Below the pieces are notes generated by a model. The model saw only the letters and a program-made list of their open reading frames with translations, did not search any database and was not told the origin of the DNA. Positions 11,991 to 22,963 of a stretch of DNA of 64,000 bases are shown here, piece by piece (the first letter of the stretch is position 1; every line of letters begins with the position of its first letter). The position numbers were made by a program, and so were the translations under genes. The stretch is from NCBI GenBank assembly GCA_964019335.1, contig OZ025692.1, forward strand, positions 62,001 through 126,000, given 5' to 3'. This DNA comes from Diplonema japonicum (lineage: Eukaryota > Protista > Euglenozoa: Diplonemea).

Positions 11991-13446
11991 ATAGTGATTT
12001 TCTTTTTTTTTGTTTTTGTTTTTGCGTGCAATTTCTCGTGTGTCCTTTACACAAAGTGGAACTAGCGGTGTTCGTGTTGATGGGTAGAGAAATCCGATGA
12101 CGTTTACAACGGCAACGAGTTTGTAAACACGTCACGCCAATGCTCCTTTTTGTGTAGACAAAGACTCCTTTTCTTACAACGGAAAAAAAAAAATGTCAAA
12201 TAGTGTTAGTTCTCTATAGCCTAGATTTATCTTTATCATTTTCTTTTTTATAAAAATCCCCCCCTTCTTTATTCTTTTTATTTTTTATTTTTCAAACAGA
12301 AAGCGGGTTGCTGTGGTTTGTTTTTCCTCGGACCCCCCCAACTCTTCTTTCATGTGCGAACACATGGACTTTTTGGAAAAAGATTTTTTCAGTGAACTTG
12401 GACATTTTTTCTTTTTAATTTTTCCCTACTGTGTAGCCCCACCCACCCCTGCCAAGGGAATCCACTTGAAACAAGGCTGGGTCACTTCTCACGGATCCGG
12501 AAGTGTTAGAAATTTGATAAATTAGGGTATTTCGGTATGCGGGTGGGTGCTCACCGTTTTAGAAATATATTAAAGGAACGTCTTTGTGAGACGCCCCGTA
12601 GAAAGGATTGCACCCTTTTCTTTTTTTTTTCCCCCTCTTTTCTTTCCTTCTTTCTTTTTTTTTCCCAAAGAAATAATTCTATCAACAGAAGAAAAAAAAA
12701 ATAAATAAATAAAATAAATAAATAAATAAATAAATAAAAAGAAAGAAATAAATATTAGCTGAAAAATAAAAAAAAACAAAAAACGGATCGAAAACGTAAA
12801 AAAAAAGAGTTGGTACTAGCATTGCGTGCGCATGATACAAATCCTGGAATAAGTACTGCATGCCACCACTACTCTTTTTTTTTTCTTGTTCTTCTTACAA
12901 GAAGACCGAGCAGAGCTTGTTGATCTTGCAAAAAAGAAAAAAAAAAAAAAAAAAAGGAATGCGCTGGGTAGAGTTGCTTTATGGCGTCCCTTTTTTGTAG
13001 ACAAAAATCAAAAAAAAAGAGGGGTGACGATATCACAGACCAGTCTTTTTCTCCCCATGCAAAAAAAATAACTATTTATTAAATAAAAATCAGATTACCT
13101 GATTTTTACGAGGAATCTTTTTTTTCATGAGTAGTTGAATTTCACGAGCGAAGCGAGTGAAATTCAAAAAAAAACGAGTGAAAAAAAGAATTCTGAGTAA
13201 AAATCTGGCTGATTTTTATTTAATATGATTTTATTTAATTTTTGTAAAGTTAAATGAGGAAATTTCGGACACTGTGAACCCTTTATGTTCACTTCTGCGA
13301 AATGTTCACACTGATGTCAAAACTAAGCCTGATTGCCTGAGAAGAGGATGTCAAATTGACAGAATTCTGTAGGTTTTGTGTAATTTGTGTCGGCACTTGA
13401 TCATCGCTCTTCAGAAACTGCTGGTTTTGTGCGGGGGCTTGATCAG

Positions 13447-13596
13447 GTCTGACTTCCAGCCAAAACAGCAGGTTCCTTCATCAACAAGGTATTGTGCAAA
13501 AGAACGCCTGTATACATGGCCAGTGTAATTTTCGGCATTTGTCAGCCTCAGGTGATGCTTGGTGGCCCGGAAACGTGGTAAAGCGTGTTTATGCCC
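13447..13596 (-). pseudogene. Tyrosine recombinase C-terminal fragment (frameshifted, internally deleted)
   Basis: The minus strand of 13551-13447 translates LRLTNAENYTGHVYRRSFAQYLVDEGTCCFGWKSD (HxxR box and GW motif). GINTL precedes it in another frame. No catalytic Tyr follows. Confidence 0.7.
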
Positions 13597-13763
13597 CTTT
13601 TGCCTCGGATGCCTGACTGTGGTTTGGGTTGGTTGGGTTACGTCTCATATATTGCGAGGCGATTAATGTATGTGTCGAGCGACGTTTGTAAAAGCGCAAC
13701 ATGCCGTATTCTCAGTGGTTATGTCTCCCCGAACTTTTTTCGATAAAATCGGGGTCAAAAAAA

Positions 13764-13835
13764 CGGTCTCTCGGGGCTCGAACCCTCGACCCCTGAAACA
13801 GTGGCCGAGGGCCCTGACCACTGACCTACGGCGGT
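13764..13835 (-). promoter_or_regulatory. tRNA-derived A-box/B-box (Pol III type 2) cassette; not a functional tRNA
   Basis: Minus strand has TAGGTCAGTGG (13828-13818) and GGTTCGAGCCC (13784-13774) at tRNA spacing, then T7 (13763-13757). The acceptor and anticodon stems do not pair. Confidence 0.55.
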
Positions 13836-14745
13836 GTCAGCGGCCACCAGACGCAAAAAATGAAGACGAATGCCGAAAAAGCCCGAAAATTGCTCAGAGT
13901 AAAAATCAGATTTTACTTTATTTTTACGGCACTTTTTTTAAGCCAAATTCGGCCTATTACCTGATTTTTATTCTTCACTTTATTTTTTACTCGTGAACGG
14001 TAAAGTGGTTTCTGATTTTTATGGCTCTTTAGGAATTTCCTCATGTAACTTTACAGAATTAAATAAAAAAAAAAAAAAAAAAATTGCTCATGGAAAACAA
14101 AGACCATTATTTCACCGTGAAGCTAAGCCCCTTCGAGAAAGATATTAAAATAAAAAGAAGAGAGGACGGGAATAAGAGCCCTGTCCTAGTGATAAATATG
14201 ATACTCTCAAAAAGACCTTTAAATAAAAGCCCCTTATCGTTGAAACAAATGTATCAAAAAAAAATATAATAATTCTTTCTTTTTTCTTCTTGCCACACGG
14301 GCCCAGCTTTGGGCTACCGTGGACGAATATGGCATTTTTTTTTTTCTTTTTTTTTTTTAATTTCTTCTTTCAAAAAAAAAAAAAAATAGGGGTCTGTGAA
14401 ATAAAGCCTTTCTGAGAGTGCTCAAGAAAGCATACCACCATAGTAGGTACTAGCCCAGGAAAATAAATCCGTTATTATTTTTCTTTTTCTTTTTTTCTTC
14501 TTTCTTTTAATATTGGTACACTACAACGGTAAGTTATGTGTGTTTACTTAAAGGACCTTAAAAACAGAAAGAAAACAATGAGAAAAAAAAGGGGGAAGCC
14601 AATAATAATGTGAACCTCTTCTCAAGCGGGCCACACGGCCTTTATTGTGTCAATTAAGGGAATTCTTTTTTAAACGAAATATCCAAAACGTGCACATTTG
14701 ACTGCTTCCCGCTTCTTGTGTACAATTGATTGCCTGAAGGAAAAA

Positions 14746-14830
14746 GAAAAAAGAAAAAAGAAAAAAGAAAAAAGAAAAAAGAAAAAAGAAAAAAGAAAAA
14801 AGAAAAAAGAAAAAAGAAAAAAGAAAAAAA
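14746..14830. repeat. (GAAAAAA)n heptamer microsatellite, about 12 units
   Basis: Perfect 7-nt periodicity, directly visible. Confidence 0.9.
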
Positions 14831-15134
14831 ACAGACAATATATCCACGTTTTCTCGCTCACTAAAGATTCATCAAAAAAATAAGTAAGTGGAACACAAAA
14901 AAAAAAAAAAAAAAAAAAAAGAGAGAGAGGGAGCTCAAACAAGGCAAAAAAAAAAAGAAAAGAAAGAAAATATAAGACTAAAACTAACCTGCAGATAAGA
15001 ATAAAAACAATATGGCAAAACTTTTGCCTTTTTTTTTCTTTTTTTTTTTTTTTTTTAATCTCCCTTTGGTCTCTCACTCTAGTAATGTAGAGAAAAGCAA
15101 AGGTATAGAAAGAAAAAAAGAAAGAAAAAGAGAA

Positions 15135-15168
<34 letters not shown>

Positions 15169-15902
15169 CTTGCAGCAAGTAAATCCAAAAAGAAATACAA
15201 GCTTACTGTTAGTTTTTAAACATAATGCATTTTAAACAATTTAAAAAAAAATAATAATAATGATCATAAATAAATAAATAAATAAAAAACAAACAAACAG
15301 TGTTGCTCAAGAGAGAACTGTTCGTAACAGACTTTTCTTTTTTTTTTTTTTTTTTTTTGATTGTGTTAGTTTGATAGATAATCGTGATTTTCTCTTCTTA
15401 GGAGAATGCGGGGAGGGGAGGGTCTCAGCTAATGAATCGGGGAAAAAAAATATGGAAAAGCAAAAAACTTGTCACGATTTCATGCAGAAGCGATATCGCC
15501 TCTATATCGCACAAGCTAAGAACCATGAAGGGCACAGTGCAGATCACTAAGAAACCAAGTCACAAAACTGTTTCACACCTCTGTACCTCTCCTACCATTT
15601 TTAGAAAAATTTGTCGAAATTAGATTCTTTTTTTTAAAAAAAAAAAAGAAAAAAAAAAGTTTTGTTATATTTCTTTTTTTTTTTTTTTTTTTTTTTTTTG
15701 CAGACAACGGAAACAAAAATAAAAATATAAAAAAAAAAAGAAAAGAAAATGAGGGCGAACGTGTGTTCTACCTTTTTCTTCTTTTTTTTTCTTCTTCTTC
15801 TTTTAACCCCTCGCTCTGCCAAACCTGCTTTTTTAGTTACGAATAAAAAGAAAAGAATAAAAAAAAAGGGGGGATAGGATCTAAGGATAGAATTTCTTTT
15901 AA

Positions 15903-17677
15903 CCCATAACACTCCAAGGCGCAAATATTTGTCGTTTTGAAAAATCGTTTTTTTCTCTAAGTACTTTTTCGTCCCCACGACCCCTGGATCTCCAAGAACG
16001 ACTATGGTGAGGAGTTATTTTCAACTGCAATTAATGCTGCGCTGCGTCACTTTACCTTGTTATCCACCCACCAAGTGGGTCCCAAATCCGAGTAGATAGG
16101 CTAAAAACGCAAAATAACGGGTGTGCATACTGTGCCCAAATTGTTCCCAAAAAACGCAAAGGTAAAGCCAAAACAGCTACGGACGAGGTCCAACCTTCAT
16201 GGGTAAGGGGGTTGGTACCCATAGAGACCATAAAATAGGCCAGTGGGGAGAAAAAAAGCTGTCCCGTGGTACGCAGAAACCTGACGACGCAAAATGGTTA
16301 TTCCTTCAGTTTTTTTATAAGAAGTTAACAGACGTCATCCAAGAAGAGACAAACAGGCAAAAGGACGCTGAGATTGATAAAATTTCGACCCAAGACTCCA
16401 CCGCTCACTCGGATTGAGCATTGCGATGGGTTTACGGCGTGCCCAGAATCAGCAGTCGTATTGGTCCACAGGACCCATGAAAATCCCCCTTTTCAGTAAC
16501 ACGATGCCCAGGAGACGCTACTGGGAAATCAAAAGTAGCCTCCACTTCACTCACACAGAAGAGTCAAACGGTGATGTGTTGTGAAGATACGGGGGTTTCT
16601 GGACAGAATTGGTGACAAGTGGGCAAAAGCAGCAGTGCCAGGAAAATATTTAAGCACTGGCGAGACACTCGTACCTTCACGGGGCAATTGGGGGGCTGCG
16701 GGTCTACTGTCCTTTCAAGCGTAAGAGATATGGCATAAAAATCTACTGCCTAAACTGCGCGAGCACGGGTTATCTTTTGCGTTTCACATCCACGCCACCA
16801 AAATCGAGGGGCACGCACTTGAAGATTTCAGTGTTGTGGAAAAAGCGGGGCTGGGGTTAACAGAGCCTTTGCCGGGAAATGACAACACGGTAGTTTGCGA
16901 TAGCTACTTTTCGACTGTGGGTCTGGCCGAAGCCCTGCTGTGAGGGGCTTGCATTTCGTTGGGTGTTGCGGACTCTTCTGGTGGGCCCTAGAAGTGACAA
17001 TAGTTAACTGCCATGCACTTCAAATAAAATATGGTTCAGGGATGCCAAAGAGATACACAACCCTGGCTGCTTTAAAGAGCGCTTTCGAGAGAGCCTAATT
17101 GATGGGTCCAACGTTGCAAAAACACCACTCCCGGCACCCAACTAGTGGTACACACACCCCCGATACCCCAGATTACACCAAACGTGACCGCTAGCCACTC
17201 AAAGGGCACCTCCAGGGTCTGCAGGTTGAAAGAATGCACAAAACGCACAATCTACAAATGATACACCTGAAACCAACACGTCTGTCCAAATAAGTGCTTT
17301 TTTCGTACCACTCTTCCATCACCCCAAAAAGGCCTCTTGACGTTTTCGAGGCCGATATTCCACCCGCAAATAGGCACTTCTCTCGGTCTGAGACATCTGA
17401 GGGATCCTGATGCTGCTTTTTTTGTCCCAGGATGCTCAATTTACACCTCCCCGTGCACAACCCATTTTGACATGGTCGTTTTTGAGCACCCTACGGCCAT
17501 TCAACTCTTCATCCCCTTTGTATTTTTATTAATTTTTGAACTTTTTTTTTAATTTTCCTGGTCCAAAAAACCCGTTTTACCTGCAAACGGGGGTTGAATG
17601 CTGCCATTTTTCTCCTCAGATTATGAAAAGGAGCAAAAAAGGGACCCCTATGTAGATAGGCCCCGGAGTGTTATGGG
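15903..17677 (+). mobile_element. Decayed piggyBac DNA transposon (1775 bp)
   Basis: TTAA at 15899-15902 and 17678-17681 flank perfect 13-bp TIRs CCCATAACACTCC / GGAGTGTTATGGG. Transposase remnants lie inside. Confidence 0.92.
16280..17312 (+). pseudogene. piggyBac transposase pseudogene
   Basis: Motifs in order across frames: FLQFF..IQEETN, IAMG..SYWS, FSNTMPRRRYWEIKSSLHF, PGKYLSTGETLV (catalytic D replaced by G), RYGIKIYCLNCASTGY, VVCDSYFSTVGLAEAL, and a stop-disrupted C-terminal Cys-rich region (HVCPNKCF). Confidence 0.85.
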
Positions 17678-17896
17678 TTAAAAAAAAAAAATAAAAGTGG
17701 GAAAGAAGGATCTCTCTTTTTTTTTTTTTTTTAGACACAGCTTTTTTTTCTCTTTTTTTTTTTTTTTTTCCCCTTGTTTGCACGCTATTATTTTTTTTTT
17801 TTTTTGTTTGTGCGCACGAGCGGGATTTTACCTAATAAAATAGCTCATTACGCTGCCATCAACTAGTTTTTAGTCTCGACAATAATATTGTTAAAA

Positions 17897-17936
<40 letters not shown>

Positions 17937-17998
17937 CTTCTTAAACTGAAGAGGGTTTTTTTTTTTTCTCTTTTTTCTTTTTTTTTTTTTTTTCCTCC

Positions 17999-18631
17999 TT
18001 ACGCAAAGCAAAATATTTTTAGAAAAGCTTCAGATAGTGAAGCCCGTCTCTTCGGCGTCCTGCAGACGACATGAGGGGTGAACAGGCACGCATCATCAGA
18101 ATCAGGAGCACGGCTTGAATCCAATGAAACGCTTGAGCTAGTAGGGGAAAGAGAATGGTAAAAAGGAGATGGTGTCAGCGTTCTTGAAGGAGTAGGTAGG
18201 GAAAGAGACTTCAAAAAGTCCTGGTACTCCTCATACGAGACGTATAGCTCCCAGTCAAGAAGACGTAGCAGTTCGATGACAAGCCTGTGAATTTCCATCA
18301 ATTCCACACCACCCACCCGGGCGTAGAACGGATCACTGTAGTAGATATCATCCCTGTGCTTCACCGCCAAGACCATGCACCCCAGCAGCACTCTGTGGAC
18401 ATTGTACTGTGTGATGTGTAAACCACTCCTCTTCATGTAGATCAGAGCACAACCTAAGCACTCCGGACTGCACATAAAACCTTCCAGCAGCCATTTCATG
18501 TACTTCCCCGCCTCAATAGGAGGCGGTTCCAGGGCATCGAAGATGGTAGGCTCATCCTCCCTTGTCTCTACCTGGATTTCTGACAAGTATGCGACAATTT
18601 GCTGGAGTGGTAGCGGGGGTGGAAGGTGCAT
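17999..18631 (-). CDS. PHO80/CYC-U-type cyclin
   Basis: CSPECLGCALIYM, ITQYNVHRVLLGCMVLAVKHRDDIYYSDPFYARVGGV and LLDWELYVS are characteristic of this family. Confidence 0.9.
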   Translation of the reverse strand: MHLPPPLPLQQIVAYLSEIQVETREDEPTIFDALEPPPIEAGKYMKWLLEGFMCSPECLGCALIYMKRSGLHITQYNVHRVLLGCMVLAVKHRDDIYYSDPFYARVGGVELMEIHRLVIELLRLLDWELYVSYEEYQDFLKSLSLPTPSRTLTPSPFYHSLSPTSSSVSLDSSRAPDSDDACLFTPHVVCRTPKRRASLSEAFLKIFCFA

Positions 18632-19282
18632 TTTTTTTTTTGCGGGGGGGTTTTTTTTTTGTTACTGTGGTGTTTTGTGTGGGGGGGGAAAAAAAAAACG
18701 AAAAAAAAAAGAGGGGGGGTTTTTTTTTTAATATCTCACGTTAAGACGTCTGGTATTATGCAGGGCCCCCCTTTTTTTTTCTCCTTGAAATCGTTTTTTT
18801 TTCTTTTTTTTTATTTCCCCGTTTTCGAACCACAACACGGACACCGAAAAAGCAAAACAGAGCAAGGTTCTATTTCATTCACCCCCCCCCCCCCCCCCCC
18901 CCCAGGATCTTTGGTTCTCCCCAAGGTCCTTACCCTTTAGGCAACAGCCCGATTTTGGACAAGTCCAGTTTAAATAGAAGAGAGAAACAAAAAAAAAAAA
19001 GAAGAAGAAGTGTTGTCTGCAACAAGGAAGTAAAGAAGGAAAACAATTATTAAAAATATATGGCCCATTACTGTGACCAGTTTCATTCGGCGCACAGGAA
19101 CTTGCCAGGCCGACATTCTTTTTTTCTTTTTTTCACCGTTAGGACTCGGGGTATCTGTCTACAAATTCGCAGAATGTGCCCCAGGTCTTCTTCTTGACAA
19201 ATACCGTCAGCCGGCCATGTGAGCTGAAGGAGGTCTTTATGAAAGACGATACGGATATTCCTTAATGCGGATGATCTCCTTG

Positions 19283-19340
<58 letters not shown>

Positions 19341-19855
19341 AGAGGGCTCGGTGCAGCAAAACCCCATCCACGCACTAAGGTAAAAAGAAAAAAGGGTGGT
19401 TTATCCACACCTGGACAACACTGCTCCTTAAGGAGCAGTGGGAAACCACGCTGGGGCGACACTTGAAGAAGGCAAAAGAAAAAAAAAATATAAGAGTTAA
19501 AGGAGACCAGTGTTGGCGACGCCCTGCACAAAAACTGTCTAAAAAAAAGGGGGGAGAAGAAAAAAGAAAACTATTCTGTCTGGAGAGCTAATAATTGTTC
19601 GTGCGCACTTTGGCTCGGTCTGGCTGCTAAATGCATCCAGTGCCAAAGGGTGGATTTCGTTCGCACTCCAGATGGGACTTCCCCCATATAAAAAAGAACT
19701 CCCACTTTCCGAAAAGTATCTTCTGCAGTTGCTGCAAAAAAAAAGAGAAAAAAAAAGGGGGGCACCAGCGCAAGGGCGCAAAAAAAAAAAAAAAAAAAAA
19801 AAACATATTTGTGTTTTTTTTTCATCAAACAATTTCGTTTTTATCATTTTCTATG

Positions 19856-20162
19856 GGTGGTGGGGATAACATGGAAATATAAAGAAGTACATCAGATGTG
19901 TTGTCGCTGTTGACCTCCCCGTCGGTCATCACCGGTAGCGCCCAAGTGGAAGAAGCAGATGCTCTGGGTGGCGAACAGGCAGCAAACTACACGGGCTCAG
20001 AATCATGGTTACCCGGGGCGCCCCGGCTGGGGTTGAGCTGCACACCGCACGCATTAAGGACACGACGCGGAACGCAGAAGAAGCTACAGCTAGGCCGAGG
20101 TGCGCCCCCTGTAATCAAGTAAATGGTGCTTGTGCAGGGTGCCCCCACCGGCTTCCTTTAAA
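19856..20162 (-). repeat. Dispersed GC-rich repeat, copy A, about 50 nt downstream of the desaturase stop
   Basis: Colinear and highly similar to 28756-29010 in the same orientation. Copy A carries about 40 extra nt. Confidence 0.85.
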
Positions 20163-20211
20163 TCATCAAATTTTCTATTGTTTTATCTTTTTTTTTTTTT
20201 TTTTTTTTTTT

Positions 20212-20231
20212 CTAATTTTTCTTTTCGCCCC

Positions 20232-20275
<44 letters not shown>

Positions 20276-21237
20276 TTTCCCCCTCCCACAAACCTCTTCA
20301 TTCTCTTGACCCGACTCCAGACCGACATGGCAGGGTCTGTGATGAAGGTCCAAATGGCCCCAGGCCACGACTCACACTGGGGAAGGTTATCATAGTACTC
20401 TGGCGCAATCTTTCGCACCTTAGGCAGCTCCGACCACGGTATGTTCGGGAAGTCATGGTGCTCGTTGTGGTACCCAACATTAAAGGCGATCATGTTTAGC
20501 GGCCCGTAGTAGGAATACGTCTCGGAGCCGCTTGTGTACTCAAAGTGCTCCGCCAAGAAGTGCCCGGAAACTGGGTGCAAACACCCCGCGAAGAACGTAC
20601 TGAGAATGAGGTACAAAAACGGAACATAGGATTCCTGGCACATCCAGATCATGACGGGTACCTGCACGGCAATATTGAGCGCCGTCCAATTCGTGATGGT
20701 AGGGTCCTTTACAAAGACAGGACGAAGAGCGTAAAACAAAATCTGAAAAACACAGAATAAAAACTTCATGAACATGTTGTTCCCAATGATTCTGCCCTCT
20801 ATCTCGCTGGGGAGGTCAGTGTCCACACCGTCCCAGCCTTGGTACTTGTGGTGCTCCATGTGGTAGCCATGGAACGTGGCAGAGTACGGGATGCCAATAG
20901 GGAGGTTTGCAATGCAAGAGAGGAACCGGTTCCCCCACAGCGATTTTACAGCGAGCATGTGGACGATTTCGTGGACCGCCAGGAACAGGGCATGGTTAAT
21001 GGTACCCCCTAGGATGTAAGCTAAGGCGAGCCACGGACCCCACCCCCAGTCCTTCGAGATGAGCGCGGCTGCCAGTTGAACGGCCACCAACACCACCACA
21101 ATGGGGATTGTCCTCCACTCAGGGTGCATAAGAGGTCTTAGCTCATCTCCGTATTTTGCTAGGATCTCCACTTTTCTAGCTGCGTGTGGCTCATCGCTTC
21201 CCACCCATTTAAAAGCCGTGCGTTCTGTGGCACCCAT
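20212..21237 (-). CDS. DES1: Sphingolipid delta-4 desaturase (dihydroceramide desaturase)
   Basis: N-terminal FKWVGSDEPHAARKVEILAKY, His boxes HEIVH, HMEHH and HNEHH, and ETYSYYGPLN. A probable 63-nt in-frame intron at 20231-20293 removes the poly-Lys run and gives ...MKRGEKKN*. Confidence 0.95.
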
Positions 21238-21734
21238 TTTTTCCTATTTTTTTTCTATTTTTCTTCTTCTTTTTTGTTGATAATTTCCTGAGGAATTTCT
21301 TTTTATTTGGGGTGGCTTCATCAAAATAAAATAAAAAAGAATTTAAAAAAAAAAATCGTTGTTTCTTTTTTCTTTTTTTTCTTTTTTTTTTTTTACTCCC
21401 CTTAGCTAGGGAGGAGAAAAAAAATAATGGGATCCAGAACAGAGAGGATTTGAAGCTTTTTTTTTGAAACCAAGAAAATGCGTGGAAAAAAAAGTCAAAT
21501 AGAAAGGGATGGGGGGTGGTGAGCTTTTTTTAAATCTTTCTTTTTTGTTTCTCTTTTAAATGCAGCTACAAAAAGGGGCAAAAAAAGGCTAGACGGTAAT
21601 AATCCAATAATGTAAGTAAGTAACAAATCAAAAGGGGAGATAATAGAGAAGAAGAGAGTTAAAATAGGCTCATTAGAGACGCCCAAGAAAAAAAGAAAAA
21701 AAAACATCATGCAACTGGCTCTTCAAAGCACAGG

Positions 21735-22763
21735 TCACATATCGTACAGATTTGCGTACTCCTTAAGAGTGGTCACACATTCCTCTATCGAGTTGACAGC
21801 CTGCTTGCGTGCCTTGCGGACCTTGAGGCTCCCGTTCGTCTCCACGTTGTCCAACTTGAGAACCTCTTGCAGGAGCCCCTCTTCATAGAAGGCTCGGGCT
21901 TTGCCAACCTCTTTGTCTTTGTCACCGCCATCTAGAGGCGTGAAGGCTGACTTCCACCTGGATGCTGTTGCAGCAGCTGATTCCCTGATCTTCGCGATCT
22001 TCGCCAAGGAGGTTTCCTCGTCAGCAGTCAAGGGCTCCTCGTCCGCCAGCTCCGGCACCGGCTCCTGTGGTTCGGACGAACTGCTGTCTTGCAGCTCTGC
22101 CGGGGGCTCCAGCTCTGCCGGGGGCTCCAGCTCTGCCGGGGGCTCCAGCTCTGCCGGGGAGGCTTCCGGGGAGGCTTCCTTCTCCTCGGGCTCAGCAGGC
22201 ATGGGCTTCTCTTCTACAGTCTCTTCCTCGGGTGCAGCATCGGAAGAACAGGTCTCGCTAGTTGAGTCTGTGTCAGAGTCCATCTCCGCGTCTTGCTGCT
22301 CCTGCTGGTTTAGTTTTTGCTGTTGCTGCTGTTCTGGTGTCTCCTGTTGCAGTTGCAGTTGCTGCTGCTGTTGCTGTTGCAGTTGCTGCTGCTGCTGTTG
22401 CAGTTGTTGCTGTTGCAGTTGCTGCTGCTGGGCAAGCTGTCTGTAGTATTGCTGGCGCAGATGCTCCTCCCGCAGCTGCTCCTGTTCTTGCTGCTCCCGC
22501 TGTTCCTCCTGTTGCTCCCAGAGCTGCCTTTGCCGCTGCTCCTCAAGTTGCTGTTCCCTAAGTTGCTGCGCCCTGAGCTGACGTCTGGTCGGCCTCCGCC
22601 TCTCTTCAGCTTCTTCAAAAGGCGAGTACCCGAAGAAGGGATGCCCGTGCACAGGTCTGCGCACTGGCTGTTGCGACTGCACTCTGGGCCTCCTTGCAGG
22701 CTCATCGAAAAACCCGTCGAAAGGCGACCACCCAAGACTGTTAGAAAACCCGAAACTGTCCAT
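21735..22763 (-). CDS. BAG-domain Hsp70 co-chaperone with polyQ and PAELEP repeats
   Basis: C-terminal YEEGLLQEVLKLDNVETNGSLKVRKARKQAVNSIE is a BAG motif. CAG/CAA tract at about 22290-22430; 18-nt tandem repeat at about 22094-22157. Confidence 0.85.
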   Translation of the reverse strand: MDSFGFSNSLGWSPFDGFFDEPARRPRVQSQQPVRRPVHGHPFFGYSPFEEAEERRRPTRRQLRAQQLREQQLEEQRQRQLWEQQEEQREQQEQEQLREEHLRQQYYRQLAQQQQLQQQQLQQQQQQLQQQQQQQLQLQQETPEQQQQQKLNQQEQQDAEMDSDTDSTSETCSSDAAPEEETVEEKPMPAEPEEKEASPEASPAELEPPAELEPPAELEPPAELQDSSSSEPQEPVPELADEEPLTADEETSLAKIAKIRESAAATASRWKSAFTPLDGGDKDKEVGKARAFYEEGLLQEVLKLDNVETNGSLKVRKARKQAVNSIEECVTTLKEYANLYDM

Positions 22764-22963
22764 AGTTGCCGAGGGGTGACTTGTTTAACCTGTGTGCATG
22801 CTAAAGTGGAAAGCAAAACCAAATTCTAACTATAGAAAGTTGGTGGCTACATCAAAGTGTAGCGCACCAAACCAGCCATCACCTGTATAAGGCTAAAGGG
22901 TGAGACGACATGCTGCACGCACAAAGCACAGAGCACACTGCACAGTGCACACTGCAGGGATAA

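Larger units (their letters stand above)
13078..14068 (-). mobile_element. Non-autonomous Crypton-like (tyrosine-recombinase) DNA transposon relic
   Basis: About 147-bp imperfect palindrome at 13078-13224 with GCGAAGC at the apex (13148-13154). About 35-bp inverted repeats at 13229-13264 and 14034-14068. ATTAAATAAAAA occurs at both ends. Contains an internal YR fragment. Confidence 0.7.

Noticed and set aside
12098-12134. Small hairpin TGACGTTTACAA..TTGTAAACACGTCA
   Set aside because: Single, short and without context; could be chance.
13764-13835. Functional tRNA gene
   Set aside because: The acceptor and anticodon stems do not pair; kept only as an A/B-box cassette.
9693-15978. Many 60-170 aa poly-Phe/poly-Lys ORFs in spacers (also at 18.5-20, 28, 31-32, 35, 38-40, 43-47 and 54.8 kb)
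   Set aside because: They are translations of homopolymer tracts with no domain content.
19890-19935. Box C/D snoRNA (GTGATGA..CTGA on the minus strand) in the dispersed repeat
   Set aside because: The boxes are only about 30 nt apart, the C box overlaps a competing hairpin, and no guide sequence was identified.
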